DNA from: the human T2T-CHM13v2.0 reference genome, Homo sapiens
Assembly: GCF_009914755.1 (NCBI RefSeq)
Contig: NC_060925.1
Length of the DNA: 64,000 nt
Reading direction: 5' to 3' (one strand)
Both the position numbers and the translations under genes were made by a program. The notes under the pieces were generated by a model. The model worked only from the letters and a program-made list of their open reading frames with translations, had not been told where the DNA came from and did no database searches. Shown piece by piece: positions 20,503 through 36,168 of this stretch (positions are counted from its first letter, which is position 1; each line of letters opens with the position of its first letter).

Positions 20503-21112
20503 AAATGAGTTTATTAAGTATTAACTCACACAATCACAAGGTCCCACAATAGGCTGTCTGCAGGCTGAGGAGCAAGGAGAGCCAGCCCCAGTTCCAAAAC
20601 TGAAGAACTTGGAGTCCAATATTCTGGCAGGAAGCATCCAGAACGGGAGAAAGATGTAGCCTGCGAGGCTAGGGAAGGCTATCTTTTCACATTTTTCTGC
20701 CTGCTTATATTCTAGCCGCACTGGCAGCTGATTACGTTGTGCCCACCCAGATTAAGGGTGGGTCTGCCTTCCCCAACCTGCTTACTCAAATGTTCATCTC
20801 CTTTGGCAACACCCTCACAGACACACCCAGGATCAATACTTTGTATCCTTCAATCCAATCAAGTTAACACTCAGTATTACCCATCATAGGTACTAAGTGA
20901 AAATGCTACATAAACTGCATGCTTTTTACAAATGGTAGCGGTTCTCCTCTCTAGGCTGCTACCACTAGACCATCCCTGTATGTAAGTCCCCCCAGTAAAC
21001 TCTATGTCTCATTCACCATCTCTGGGTCTCTTTGACACAGTGCCACCCCTACTGGAGTCAGTAGGGGATAACAGCTGCAGGACTGGAGACCACACTTTGA
21101 GAATCACTGCTC
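19980..21112. mobile_element. Nested MER5A > LTR47-like (20133-21078) > MLT2A (20382-20888, minus)
   Basis: MER5A halves flank an LTR47-type sequence (gcagatgcacctgacagcaataacttaagcat), which is split by MLT2A with TSD ggtat/ggtac. Confidence 0.75.
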
Positions 21113-21228
21113 TAGAGTCTTTTCTGCACTTGGGAAAATCAAGAACTTTGTACTTGCAAAAATTTCAACAATTTTCTGTGTTGAGTAGTTCAGATGAGGA
21201 ACCTAGTTGAGAAAGGCAGCTCTAGGCC

Positions 21229-21461
21229 AGGGACCGGCAAACTGGGGGTCATGGGCCAAATCCAGCCTGCCACATGTTTTTGTAAATAAACTGGTTTTAG
21301 AACACACAAATGTTCATTTGTGTATGGATTATCTATAGCTTCTTTCATGCTACATTGGCAAAGTTGAGTAATTGGGAAAGAGATCTAATGGCCTGCAAAG
21401 CCTAAAATATTTACCAATTGGGCCTTTCAGAAAAAAAAACAAAAAAACCTGCCAACCCCTG
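21229..21461 (+). mobile_element. MER58A DNA transposon
   Basis: caggg...ggcaaact...gggccaaatccagcctgcc...gccaacccctg with TIR-like ends. Confidence 0.8.
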
Positions 21462-22079
21462 TTCTCAGCTAATCAAGGTCCACCTCTGGAATTGAAAGTG
21501 GAGTTAAATCTCATCCATCAGCCTAGGCTACACAACTGAGGATGAGTAGAGTGGATGGAAAGAAAATGAACCATGTCCACCATGGTCCTCATCTATTAAA
21601 TCAGTATAATAATCCCTGTTCTAAAGAACTTCTATTGTTTTGCAGTCAAAGTACCAGCTAAAATGAGTATTAGCAGAAGTAAACAAAAATATTTATTTAG
21701 CATCAAGGATGTGGATATGAGGCATAGCAAGATTTGTCTTAGTACAGTTCCCTTAGGCTACCTCAGAGACCAATAGACCCACAGACTGAATTCTCAGTCA
21801 AGTCTATAACTCCAAGGTATGCGGAACCTAAGAGCTTCCCCCAGCCTACTTTATGGTAGGTGAGGCACAGATGGATCTTATTAACACAAAAAGATGTACC
21901 TAAAACATTCATTCATTCATTTAAAAAATATTTGCTGAGCACCTACAACAAGTAAAAACTGTTCAAGGGACCAGGGATTTAGCAGTGAACAAAATCAGTC
22001 ATTCTGCAGTTAAGTTGACCAGTTATTAAGCCTTACCCATGCCCACAAAGCTTCCAATCAGTCTTCTAGTGGTCACCCT

Positions 22080-24230
<2,151 letters not shown>

Positions 24231-24240
24231 ACAGAGCTTT

Positions 24241-24660
24241 TGTGCAGGACATCTTTCAGTTGCACCTCCAGATCCATTCACAACTTCTTTACTCTGCCTT
24301 TTGTCCTCGGAGGCTGACCCAAATGGATTACAGACATGGGATCCTTGACCTCTAACTTCAGCACTTGTTGAGCACTGAAGGGAGGAAGGGAAGGGAGACT
24401 GGAGTATTTATTCCACCACCTTCCTCTTTGCAGAGTCAGAAGGGGCTGACTGCATCCTTTGACCACAATTTCTGGAAGGCAGCTCTCTGCAGCAACTCTT
24501 TGTGCTTCTAGATTCTAGGGACTGTTATGTCTCCTTGTCCTTTCAGACTTGGAGGGGTAACTGTGGTCTCCCTACACCCTACTCTCAATCTTGTAAATTT
24601 ATGTTTGTAAAACTCTCCACAAATTTGTCAATATGAGTGTTCCATCTGTTTCTACAACAC
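24241..24660 (+). mobile_element. ERVL LTR (LTR33/41-like)
   Basis: tgtgcaggacatcttt...cctccagatcca...ggaggctgacc...gtatttattcc. Confidence 0.6.
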
Positions 24661-24769
24661 AGTTGATTACTATTTTCTAATGAATTTTCAGGAGTTATTT
24701 ATTGTGTTTTGAATATTCTCCTTTGTTGATTATATGGGTACAAATATCTTCTCCCACTCAAATCGCTTT

Positions 24770-25068
24770 TCTTTTTTTTTTTTTTTTGACAGGGTCTTTC
24801 TGTGTTGCCTAGACTGGAGTGCAGTGGCGTGATTTCAATTCATTGCAACCTCCACCCCCAGGGCTCAGATGATCCTCCCACCTCAGCACCCCCAGTAGCT
24901 GAGAGGACAGGCATGCGCCATCACACCCACCTAAATTTTTGTATTTTTTATAGAGACAGGATTTCACCATGTTGCCCAGGCTGGTCTTAAACTCCTGGGC
25001 TCAAGCAATGCACCTGCCTCAGCCTCCCAATGTGCTGGGATTATAGGCTTAAGCCATCGCACCCAGCC
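24770..25068 (-). mobile_element. AluJ
   Basis: Antisense dimer with TSD tcaaatc(g/a)cttttctt. Confidence 0.9.
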
Positions 25069-25680
25069 TCAAATCACTTTCTTAATAGTGACTTAACACT
25101 TCTTTATTATAAAATAAAACACATATACAGAAAAGCACATGAAACAAAGCTACAGTTGAGTAGATTATTGGATTATTTTAAGGCAAACAGCCCTATAGCT
25201 ACCGCCAAAGTCAAGAAATAGAACATCGCTAACTAGCTCAAAAGCCCTTCATATACCCCATCACAGCCTTCTTCCTCCCCTCTCAAAGTAACCATTATCT
25301 TTAATTTTTATAGTAATCACTCTTTTGTATTTCTCTATAGTTTTATCATTTAGGGTGAATCTCTAAATAATACAGATTGGTTCTCCCTGTTTTATATGTT
25401 TCACAATCTCTTTAAAGTATCCCCCTCTAACTCCCCATCCTTACACTTGCAATTTATTTTGGATGATCTTAGGTTATTTGATGTTTAGGTGACTTAAGTC
25501 TCAGTTTTACTGATTGATCCCTCATGGTATAGGTTAATAAGTTTCTCTGCATTTCATGAAAATTAGTAATTGAATCTAGAGACTTGTTCAGATTCAGAGT
25601 TTTTTGTTTTTTTCAAAATATAGATAGTGACGTGTTCTCTCAACAGAAAGCCCATAATGTCTGTTTTTTTCTGTTTTTGA

Positions 25681-26162
<482 letters not shown>

Positions 26163-27429
26163 TTGCTGTTAGCACAGTTTCCAGTTCTCACAAGAAAGTC
26201 AGGATAAAATTTTTATTCTTTCTATTTACCAGTTTCCAAGATAATGATTTACTCAAGATAATGAGCTGTCCTATCATTCCATGAAACGAAATCATTTTTT
26301 ACTGAACTAATAATGGATTTAAACATATTTGGCATTTTTAAGCCATTGCAGTTGTTACACTTATTGAAGCCCAAATTGTCCCTTCTTTAGCCACTGAGAG
26401 TGTTACAAGCTGACTTCTCAGTCCTTTTAACTGGCCCTTAGTAGTCTTCAACATTGTTTTTGCTCTATGGTTAGGCAAGATGTTCCAGGTTTATCTGGAA
26501 TATTTTCTGTCACAGACCCAGAAGAAGACATTTTTCTGAGAAGCCCTAATTTCTTTTCATGAGAAATGGTGTTTTAAGACCACCTTGCAGGCACCAGGGA
26601 TGCTCATACTACCGGACCTGTCATTGTTTCTAGGCCTACTCTAGATGCTGTTTATCAGGTTGATAAACTATATTCTATTCCCACTTTGCTGACAGGTTTT
26701 TATATTTTGGTTTTAACCATGAATAGATGTTGAACTTTTGTCAATGCTTCCTCCACATCTATTGAAATGATCACATAAATTTTCATTTTAATTCTAATTA
26801 GTGAATCACCCTAATTTCAAATGTTAAAAACCAACCTTGCATTTCGGGGATTTTTTGACTTGGTAAAAATGTCTCACCCTTTTTATACAGTGCTGTATTT
26901 GATTTGCAAAACTTTTCTTGAGGATGTTTGTGTCTGTATTCATAAGAGATATTGGTCTGTAGTCTTATTTCCTTATAATGTCTTTGTGGGTTTTTGTATC
27001 AGGATAATATTAATAGCCACATAGAATGATTGAGAAGTGTTATCTCCAGTTCTATTTTCTGAAGAATTGGTGAAGAACTGGTATTATTTCTTTCATAAAT
27101 GTTTGATAGAATTCATCAGTGAAGCCATTCTGGCCTGAAGTGTTTTTTTGGCAAGTTGGGTGATCTAATTCTTGAGTGAAGTTTGGTGAGTAAGCTTTTG
27201 GTTTGCATGTTTCACGACATTTTTTATCTCATCTAAGCTGTCAAATTTGTTGGAATAAATTGGTTCATAATATTTCCTTATTATCCTTTATAATCTCTAG
27301 GAGCTGTACTTATGTCTCCCTTTTTATTCCTTATATTAGTAATTTCTATCCTCTCACTTTTTATTTTTCTGATGAGTCTAATCAGAGGTTTGTTGATTTT
27401 ATCAATTCTTTTCAAAAGACCCACTCTTA

Positions 27430-29140
27430 TGGGCAAAAGGATCATTCACCTGACCACTATGCACCACCACAAACTGGAAGTACCTCCTGGGAATGCATCC
27501 TGAGGCACTAGTGCTGGGGGTGGGGAGAAGGTTAATGTAAGACTGGGTAAGAGAGATTTTTATCAATGTGGGGGGCATTAACCTGTGACTTAGTATTTAA
27601 CATCCCAAAAGACATCTGAAGCCAGTCCTAATATGCTGCTATATTGCTTCACTAATCTTGAAAATACATGCATGCACACTGGTGTGTGAAGTGGAGATAA
27701 CACTTCCCAATCATTCTATGTGGCTATTAATATTATCCTGATACAAAAACCCACAAAGACATTATAAGGAAATAAGACTATAGACCAATATCTCTTATGA
27801 ATACAGACACAAACATCCTCAAGAATGCAAGTGTGCACACATAAACACACACATACACAATGATCTACAGTAGGAAAGATGCTAGAATTGTCATGAAAAA
27901 ATATTAAAAAGGGGTCAAAGAGTATAAGGAAGTGGTCAATGCTAGAGTAGATTTTCTATAGAGGTCTGGAGAACCCATCAGGCTGATTGTGTTACCTATG
28001 AGGGTCCTAAAGACAGCCTTCACTAACGCAGTAAGAAATGTGCTAGTGAAAGTGGTGACATAGATAGGCAGACAATGAGGGTTTTTCTTGACTTAACAAA
28101 AAAGTCTGAGAGAAGGTAAATATAAAGTTGACGTTAGCTACCAAACAAAGGAAAAAATTATGTATGACCCTTTGCCCAGATTCCAATCTTGAGCCAGTTC
28201 TCAAATCCAGAGCTCATTGATGAAGTAAAGCCAGATCTCCTTCTAGAAGGATCCTATAATACCACAGTATATACAGTAGTGTTTTTCCTAATATTTCTCC
28301 AGAGGGACCTATGACTATTTCCTGGAGCACTGACTACCAGGGAGTGAGGAGTATCCAGCTCTTTGAGGGCTTCTGAATTTAGGATCTGAACTGGGATTTT
28401 TCTAAGAAACCCTAAATGCAAACATGGCTTCCTTATTAGAGTGGAGGCCTAGGGAATCCAGGAGTAAGTTGAGACCTGGTCCATATACACTTTGTAGTAG
28501 AGCTGATGCACCAATCAAGTGCATAAGTGAGATGGATATGCCTAACAGTTGACAGAAATTTCAGGTTTGTTTCATGATCTGTGAAGCAAGAGTTATTATT
28601 GTGGGAAAGGGAATATGCATGCCCTGCCTCCCCCATATTATACCCCATCCAGGAAAAATAATGAATTAAAAGCAATACTTTTTATAGTAGAATGGTAGAT
28701 ATTAGAAGATGTAGGGGTAGTGGTCCACAACATATTCTTATTTAATTCACCATTCTGACCAGCTGAACAAAACAGATGATTATGGTAGGAGATGCTGGAT
28801 TACTGTAGATGTAATCAAATGGTAGCCTAATTGTGGTTATGCAGGATGTGATATATTTACTAGAACACATAGAAACAGCATATTTCTAAGTATATTCTTT
28901 TGATTTGGTAAGTATATACTTTTAATTCCCACCATAGAAAAGAATTAAAAGGACAGAAGTACAAACCATCTTGCTCCAGAGCTACACTGATTCTCTCACT
29001 CTCTGGTACAGTGTAGTCTAGAGGAACTTGATTGTTTGGACAGTCCATAGAATGTCTCACACTGGTCCACTATATTTATGGCATCATGGTAATTGGACTT
29101 GAAGAGCAGTAAGTGTCAAATAGTCTAAATGGGCTGGTGA
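27430..29140 (+). mobile_element. Ancient ERVL-class internal fragment (degenerate gag/pol)
   Basis: Decayed RT motifs FNSPF.P...DY (~28740-28810) and LVHYIYGIMVIGLEEQ (~29060-29110, YIDD-like). Confidence 0.65.
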
Positions 29141-29169
29141 GATAGATTATATATGTATATGTTAGAGTA

Positions 29170-30220
29170 GACCTGGCAGCCACAGTCTGTTGGTGTTGAG
29201 TGTTTAGGAAAAGGCCATCTGAGGAGGATACATGTGAGCAGCAACCAGGGGAGGGGATAGCTCATGTAATAACCCCAAATCTGGAATGAATATGGTGTGT
29301 TTGAGAAATAGGAAGAAGGTCAGTGTGGCTGCAGTGTACAAAGGAGAGTGTGGTGGGAGCAGAGGTTTGAGAGGTGGTTAAGGATCACATCATGTAGGGT
29401 TATGGGTGTCAAGCTAAGATTGGCAGGTTTCAACTAACCCATTTTAACCTAAGCATGATGGGAAAAGGGGGAAGGGCTCTTAGCAGGGAAATGATGATAT
29501 GATTTATGTTTTTGAAAAAGAGTCCTTTGGGGCCAGGCATGGTGGTTCACGTGTGTAATCCCAGCATTTTGGGAGGCTGAGGTGAGTGGATCATGTGCAG
29601 TCAGGAGTTCGAGACCAGCATGGCCAACATGCTGAAAACCCATCTCTACTAAAAATACAAAAATTAGCTGGGCATGGTGGCAGGCGCTTGTAATCCCAGC
29701 TACTCAGGAGGCTGAGGCAGGAGAGTCGCTTGAACCTAGGAGGAAGAGGTTACAGTGAGCTGAGATTGTTCTACTGCACTCCAGCCTGGGTGATAGAGCA
29801 AGATTATGTCTCAAAAAAAAAGAGTCCCTTGGTTGTGTGTGGAGAATGGATTGCAGGGAAGTAGAGGAAAAAAGAGGAGGACATTTGGGGCAAGGATAAA
29901 AATACATGTGGAAATCAAGAATTCTGTTTAAGTCTGAGATACCTAGTAACGAAATGGCTATATGAATCTGAATTTCTGGGACAGTGTCAGACTAGAGATG
30001 ATGATCTGGAACTGTTGGCACATTCATGGATTTTAAAGCTGCATTTTGAGAGTGGGGAATATCTAGATGGTTGGAGGCAGTATCATGGTGTCAAAGAGCT
30101 TGGGCTTTGAAGCCAGACTGAAGTGAATTTTGAATCCTCACTTTTTACTTACTAGTAGTGTGGTTATGGGCATGCCACTTTTTGTGCCTTTAGCTCCTTA
30201 TCTATAAAATGAGAACTATC
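29170..30220. mobile_element. L2 fragment with AluS (29531-29821, plus) and MIR (~30075-30220)
   Basis: L2-like sequence on both sides of an Alu with TSD aaaaagagtcc(t/c)ttgg. Confidence 0.75.
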
Positions 30221-31389
30221 CCTGGCATTAGTAGTAGTAGAAATTGGAGATGTTAGCACCATTACTCACCTGGTGAAAGCTCCTTGAATTACAGCTGTAG
30301 TGCCTGGTAGTAAGTATTGCTAATTTTACAAACCCAAATCCTTGAAATATTAACTCATGCTCCCTCCATACTACCAAGACAAAAGTCTAGACAAATACTT
30401 ATATACATATAGACCAGGGTGAGGGCAGAGTATAGAAATCTTGCTCCAGGTAGCTACCACAAAATAATGGTTCTGTGCAACTCATTCACATTTGTTTCCT
30501 GGCAATTGATAACACTTCAAAACATCTTCAACAGGAAAGAACACATAGGTGGTTGGATAGAGAAACATGATTTTGCAGTCAGACAGAGCAGGGTTTAATT
30601 CTCTAGCTTGTCTTGACCTTACCCTTAAGCGTGAATTTAGGTGAGAGGGCTGCAGCAGTGCTGACCTCCCATCTGGAATGACATTGGCGTGAACAGCCCA
30701 CATTGGCTCCTTCAGGATCCACATATTTAATAAATACATCAACTGGCATCTTTGTCATTATTACTTTAATGCAGCTCATCAGGAACTTAGCATTGAGGAG
30801 CCCTTGAATTTGAAGCTTATGGAGCAATTAAACTCCCTCCTGGGAGAATGCAGACCTGGAGACTGTCAGTGCATAGAGATGAGCAATTGTGTCTGTCTCC
30901 CTCTTGCCAGAAAAATGGAATGCTCCAAAGTTCATCAAGACCTTATATTGTATTTCAATGAACCATGTGTACCTTGCATACTAGGTAATTAATTTAGAAA
31001 ACTGCTCATCTCATAAACTCTGGGAACTGGCCTATCTTCTATTAATTTCTTCTAATTAGCTATTATCAGGAAAGCACTGAATGTCTGCCTGATGTGATTC
31101 CTACCCACCTGATGGGAACATTCAATGATAATGCTGAACAGATAATTCAAGTGCTGACACGCCCTGTTGTCTGTTGTCTTATCACAGTGCTTTGAGTCAA
31201 ATACGGCAGATAGCATTATCTTCATCAGATCCTGGACCTCTGAAGATGAGGGGACTTGCCCAAGGCCACAGGGAGGTTTCACTTCTCTGCAAAGCCGGAT
31301 CACTAAGGGCATGGGCTCTGGAGTTGGGCACATCTACAGTCACATCCCAGCTCTGAGAGTTACTAGCAATGTGGCTGCAGTGCTCCTCT

Positions 31390-31838
31390 CAGTGCCCCCC
31401 TTACCCTCAACACTGTAGGAAGTCCTGCCAACTTCTGACTGCCATCACCTTCATTTATCTGTCTGCCAGAGCCTGCTTTGCCCACTCACCTCCTACCTGC
31501 CCCTTTTCCATAGCAGGCAGAAGTGACAGGAAATTAGCACCCCTTAGAAGCAACCTCAACCAAGACTGACTGGAGTTGGTGAAAAATATTCAGCTCCCTC
31601 ATCCCTCATGCAAGATAATTCTAAGATATGAGTTCTACACTGGCTTCCAGAGTCCCACGAGGATTAAGTTTTGGTCATCGATGATGGTAACTTGCTTGAT
31701 AATGAACATTTCATTGGCTGCCGTCCCTCCCTTGTCTCATGTTTCTATTTCACTACTAGTTTTTCCTGAGATCTCTTCTTTAACCCCTTGCACTTAAGTC
31801 CTTATTCAAGGTCTGCTTCTGGGAACCCAAACTAAGAC
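31390..31838 (+). mobile_element. ERVL LTR (LTR16 family)
   Basis: Ends ...ggtctgcttctgggaacccaaactaagaca. Confidence 0.65.
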
Positions 31839-32010
31839 AGGGACCTTTGACAAATTATTTAACTTCTCTCTGATCCTCAGTTTTCTAATCCGTAAAAAGA
31901 AAATATATATAGTACCACCTCACAGACTTTCAGGGAAGTTTAAAGGAAATACTGCATATAAAGAATTTTGCCCAATTCTATTCATACCAGCATAATTTAT
32001 AATAGCAAAA

Positions 32011-32525
32011 TGCCGAGATCAGCTCAGTCGGGAAGACCCTAACCCAGCGGCATTAGAGGAATTAAAGACACACACACAGAAATATAGAGGTGTGAAGTGG
32101 GAAATCAGGGGTCTTACAGCCTTCAGAGCTGAGAGCCCAGAACAGAGATTTACCCACATATTTATTAACAGCAAACCAGTCATTAGCATTGTTTCTATAG
32201 ATATTAAATTAACTAAAAGTATCCCTTATGGGAAACGAAGGGATGGGCCAAATTAAAGGAATAGGTTGGGCTGGTTAACTGCAGCAGGAGCATGTCCTTA
32301 AGGCACAGATCGCTCAAGCTCTTGTTTGTGGCTTTAAGAATGCCTTTAAGTGGGTTTCCACCCTGGGTGGGCCAGGTGTTCCTTGCCCTCATTCCCGTAA
32401 ACCCACAACCTTCCAGCGTGGGCGTTAGGGCCATTATGAACATGTTACAGTGCTGCAGAGATTTTGTTTATGGCCAGTTTTGGGGCCAGTTTATGGCCAG
32501 ATTTTGGGGGGGGCTACTCCCAACA
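32011..32525 (-). mobile_element. 3' LTR (MER9)
   Basis: Direct repeat of 38507-39019, preceded on the minus strand by the polypurine tract CAAAGAAGGGGGACA (32526-32540). Confidence 0.92.
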
Positions 32526-32540
32526 TGTCCCCCTTCTTTG

Positions 32541-33651
32541 ATTTGCAAATCGATAAATGCAAAGGCAGCTTTGTCACGGTGAGCTACTTCTCACAGGAGT
32601 CAGGATCCACATCTGCAGACTATACAAAGACAACACAGATTAAAAGCACAATCACCATTGAAATCACAGAACTTCCAAGTGTTTTTATCCATTTTAATGG
32701 GTTACTAGCTGCTAAATTGTCTGCAGCTCTTTTAAGCACTCCGGTTCCTGGCATTAAGGTCAGGTGTGCCTGGAATGCTTTAAATATTTGTTCTTTAATT
32801 TTGCAATATCCAAAGACAAGTTTGTAGAGTGTCTTTTTAGATGCTTTTTTATTCTTTCCCAAATTTTGATCTTATTAAGAGCATTTAATAGTTTCCACAA
32901 ATCCTTATGTTAAGCTCCTAGAGTGGGCCATATCATTTGAGGTTGAGGTGCCACTATACCACCATGGTTCCAGATAATAGGAACTTTTGCCATACTTCTT
33001 ATCATTTCTACCATCTGACTGTTTGGTTCAGATCATCTGAACATGGTGTGACCGTGGCACGCAGACTGAGAGGTGCAATTCAAGCTAAACATCCCCTTAG
33101 GGGACCAATCAATGATGATTCCATAGGAATCATTGTGCAGCACCTCTGCCTGTTCCGCAATGCAATCTTCCTGAATGAGTATGTTCATTTTTTCTAACTC
33201 GGTCCAATCCTGTTTACAAATAGGTTTTTGAGGGTGGTATGCCTCAATTATAGGAGCAGGTTTATTATAGTAAATACTGAGATCAGAAAGCATGTGTAAC
33301 TGTGTCACAGAGTGATTGCATCCAGGCATTATTGCCAGCCAAGATTGATAAATATACTCAATAAGTGTAATTGTTCTCTGTGTCAGCCCTTATTGAAGGA
33401 ATACTCATGGCAGTGGTGATAACCGCTATTATAGTTACCATTAAATTACTCATTGTGACTGGTTGTCCTGCTTTCCTCAGATTTTCTTCTGCCATCTGTG
33501 ACAGCTTCTTGATCTGTCCCCAGGTGGGTGGCTGTGTTTGACAGGTGTTGCTCATGAGAGTTGGGGTCCTCCTCAGTGTCAGCCTCAACATGGCTGCAAC
33601 TGAGGGGTCCTCGGGATCCTCCAGGAGTCGCTTCCTTGGCATCTGGCTCAT
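32541..33651 (-). pseudogene. env: HML-3 env remnant, internally deleted (~1.1 kb)
   Basis: Betaretroviral leader PPTWGQIKKL...NLMVTIIAVI (33358..33651), SU fragment GIIIDWSPKG and TM end NPLKWIKTLG (32620..32862). Confidence 0.85.
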
Positions 33652-36168
33652 GATAAGGTTTCAGGTGTCTTGATAGTATCCAAATCAGCTGTTGATTTTG
33701 GCCTGGAGAAATACAAGCATAACCTCTACCCCAAGTTATTATTTTACCTATTTCCCAACTTTTTGTTATTGGATCTCTCCACCAAATCAGTTTTTCTGTT
33801 TCTGTCTTTGCAGCTAGTTTTTGTAGATGCTGTTCAGCTGCTGATAACTTCTGGCCTTTGGGCAGGCTCAGAAAATTTAAAGTTAATAATGCTAGATTTA
33901 GTTGTATCTGTGGTGTTCCATATTCTCTGTCTCTCCCTTTCTGCTTTTGCAACTGCTGTTTTAGGGAGAGATTCATTCTTTCCACTATGGCTTGTCCTTG
34001 AGAATTGTATGGGATACCAGTAATGTGTTTAATATTCCCCACAGAGAAAAATGTGGCTAGAGCTTGGTTAGTATAGCCTGTGGCATTATCTGTTTTAATA
34101 GAAGCCGGAATGCCCATCACCACAAAACACTGCAAAGGTGACATTTAACACAGGCAGAAGACTCTCCTGATTGGCATGTAGTCCAGACACAGTGAGAAAA
34201 GGTGTCCACACATACAGGTACATAAGCTAGTCTCCCAAATGAGGGAACATGTGTGACATCCATTTGCCAAAGAGAGTTAGGTTCCAGTCCTCGAGGATTA
34301 AATCCTCCTGTAAAAGATGAAGAATGTACCATTTGGCAAGTTGGGCATCACTGGATAATAGCTTTAGCTTCTTTCCAGGTAATGCTGTATCTGCATTGGA
34401 GACCAGAGGCATTAACATGGGTTGAATTGTGAAAGTGTCTAGCATTAGATATTGCATTAGCAATTAGGCGATCAGCCATTTGATTTCCTTCAGTCAAAGG
34501 TCCTGGAAGAGGAGTATGAGCCCTAATGTGAGTGATGTAAAAAGAGTGCATTCTACTTCTAACTACTGTTTGCAATTGGGTAAATAAAGTCATCAGTTGT
34601 TCATCTGTATGAAATCGTAACTGAGCATTTTCAATTAACTGTGTGGAATGAACCACATATGAAGAATTAGAAATCGCATTAATAGGCATATCAAAAGCAG
34701 TCAATCCCTCAATTACAGCTACAAGCTCCACTTTTTGAGCTGAGGGTGTCTGGAAAACTTTACCTTTCAATCCAAAATAAGAAGCTTTACCATTACTAGA
34801 CCCATCTGTAAAAACATTCTCAGCACCTTCAATTGGTTTAAATTTAGTAATTTTGGGGAGAATCCAATTAGTTAATTTCAAAAACTGAAACAGCTTCATT
34901 TTAGGAAAATGATTATTGAGACTACCCACAAAGTCAGTTAAATGGGTTTGCCAAGTAAGACTATTTACAAAACTTGCTGTATTTGTGCCTTCGTGAGAGG
35001 GACAATAATTTTTCCAGGATCATATCCATGTTATTTAACAATCCAAGTTCTCCCAATCCCTATCATAATAGCGATTTGATTTAAATGAGTTAGAGTCCAT
35101 GAATTAGTATGTGGAAGAAAAAGCCACTCTATTAAGTCCTGTTCTTGGACAATAACACCAGTAGGTGAATGCTGAGTTGAAAAAATCCGCAAATCTAGAG
35201 TCTTCTCTGGATCTATTCTATTTATTCAAGCTTTATGGACTTGCTTCTCAATCACTTGTAACTCTGCCTCAGCCTCCTTTGTTAATTGCCAAGGGCTAGT
35301 GACACTAGGATTTCCTCTAAGGATAGAAAACAGATTACTCATGGCATAGGTAGGAATGCCTAGAGCAGGTTGTATCCAGTTAATATCCCCTAGTAATTTT
35401 TGAAAGTCATTTAATGTTTTTAGTTGATCCCCACGTATGGTTACTTTCTGTGGCACAATGGTAGTGTCATTTACTAAGTTCCCCAAGTAGGAGTAAGGAG
35501 TAGTAGTCTGAATTTTGTCAGGAGCTATAATTAAACCAGCACGAGAAATCAAATTTTACAAGTGATCATAACATTAGAGTAATATTTCTCGAGTGGGGGC
35601 AGCACAAAGTATATCATCCATATAGTGAATAATGTGACACTGAAAATTTTCTACGAGTAGGTTCAATTGCTTGCCCCACATACGTCTGGCAAATTATGGG
35701 ACTGTTTAACATGCCCTGTGGCAACACTTTCCAATGATAATGCTTAGCAGGCTGCAGGTTGTTTACTGCAGGAATTGTAAATGCAAACTGTTCACAGTCT
35801 TGCTTAGCTAAAGGGAAAGTAAAGAAACAGTCTTTTAAATCTATGACTATTAAAGGCCAATTTTTTGGAATTATAGCAGGAGAAGGCAATCCTGGCTGTA
35901 ATGCTCCCATAGGTTGTATAACTGAATTGATGGCTCTTAAGTCAGTTAACATTCTCCATTTACCTGATTTTTTCTTAATTACGAAAACTGGAGAATGCCA
36001 AGGGGAAAATGTTGGAGCTATGTGCCCATTTTCTAATTGTTCAGTAACTAATTTCTCTAAAGCCTCCAGTTTATCTTTACTTAGCAGCCATTGTTCTATC
36101 CAAATTGGCTTATCTGTTAACCATTTTAAAGGTATAGGTTCTGGACGCTTAACAATGGCTGCCATCAA
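33600..36168 (-). pseudogene. pol: HML-3 pol remnant (RT, RNase H, integrase)
   Basis: IDLKDCFF and LPQGMLNSP (35614..36168); YMDD at 35613-35624 in a shifted frame; RNase H FTDGSS (34348..34929); integrase WQMDVTH, KTDN and GQAIVER. Confidence 0.92.
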
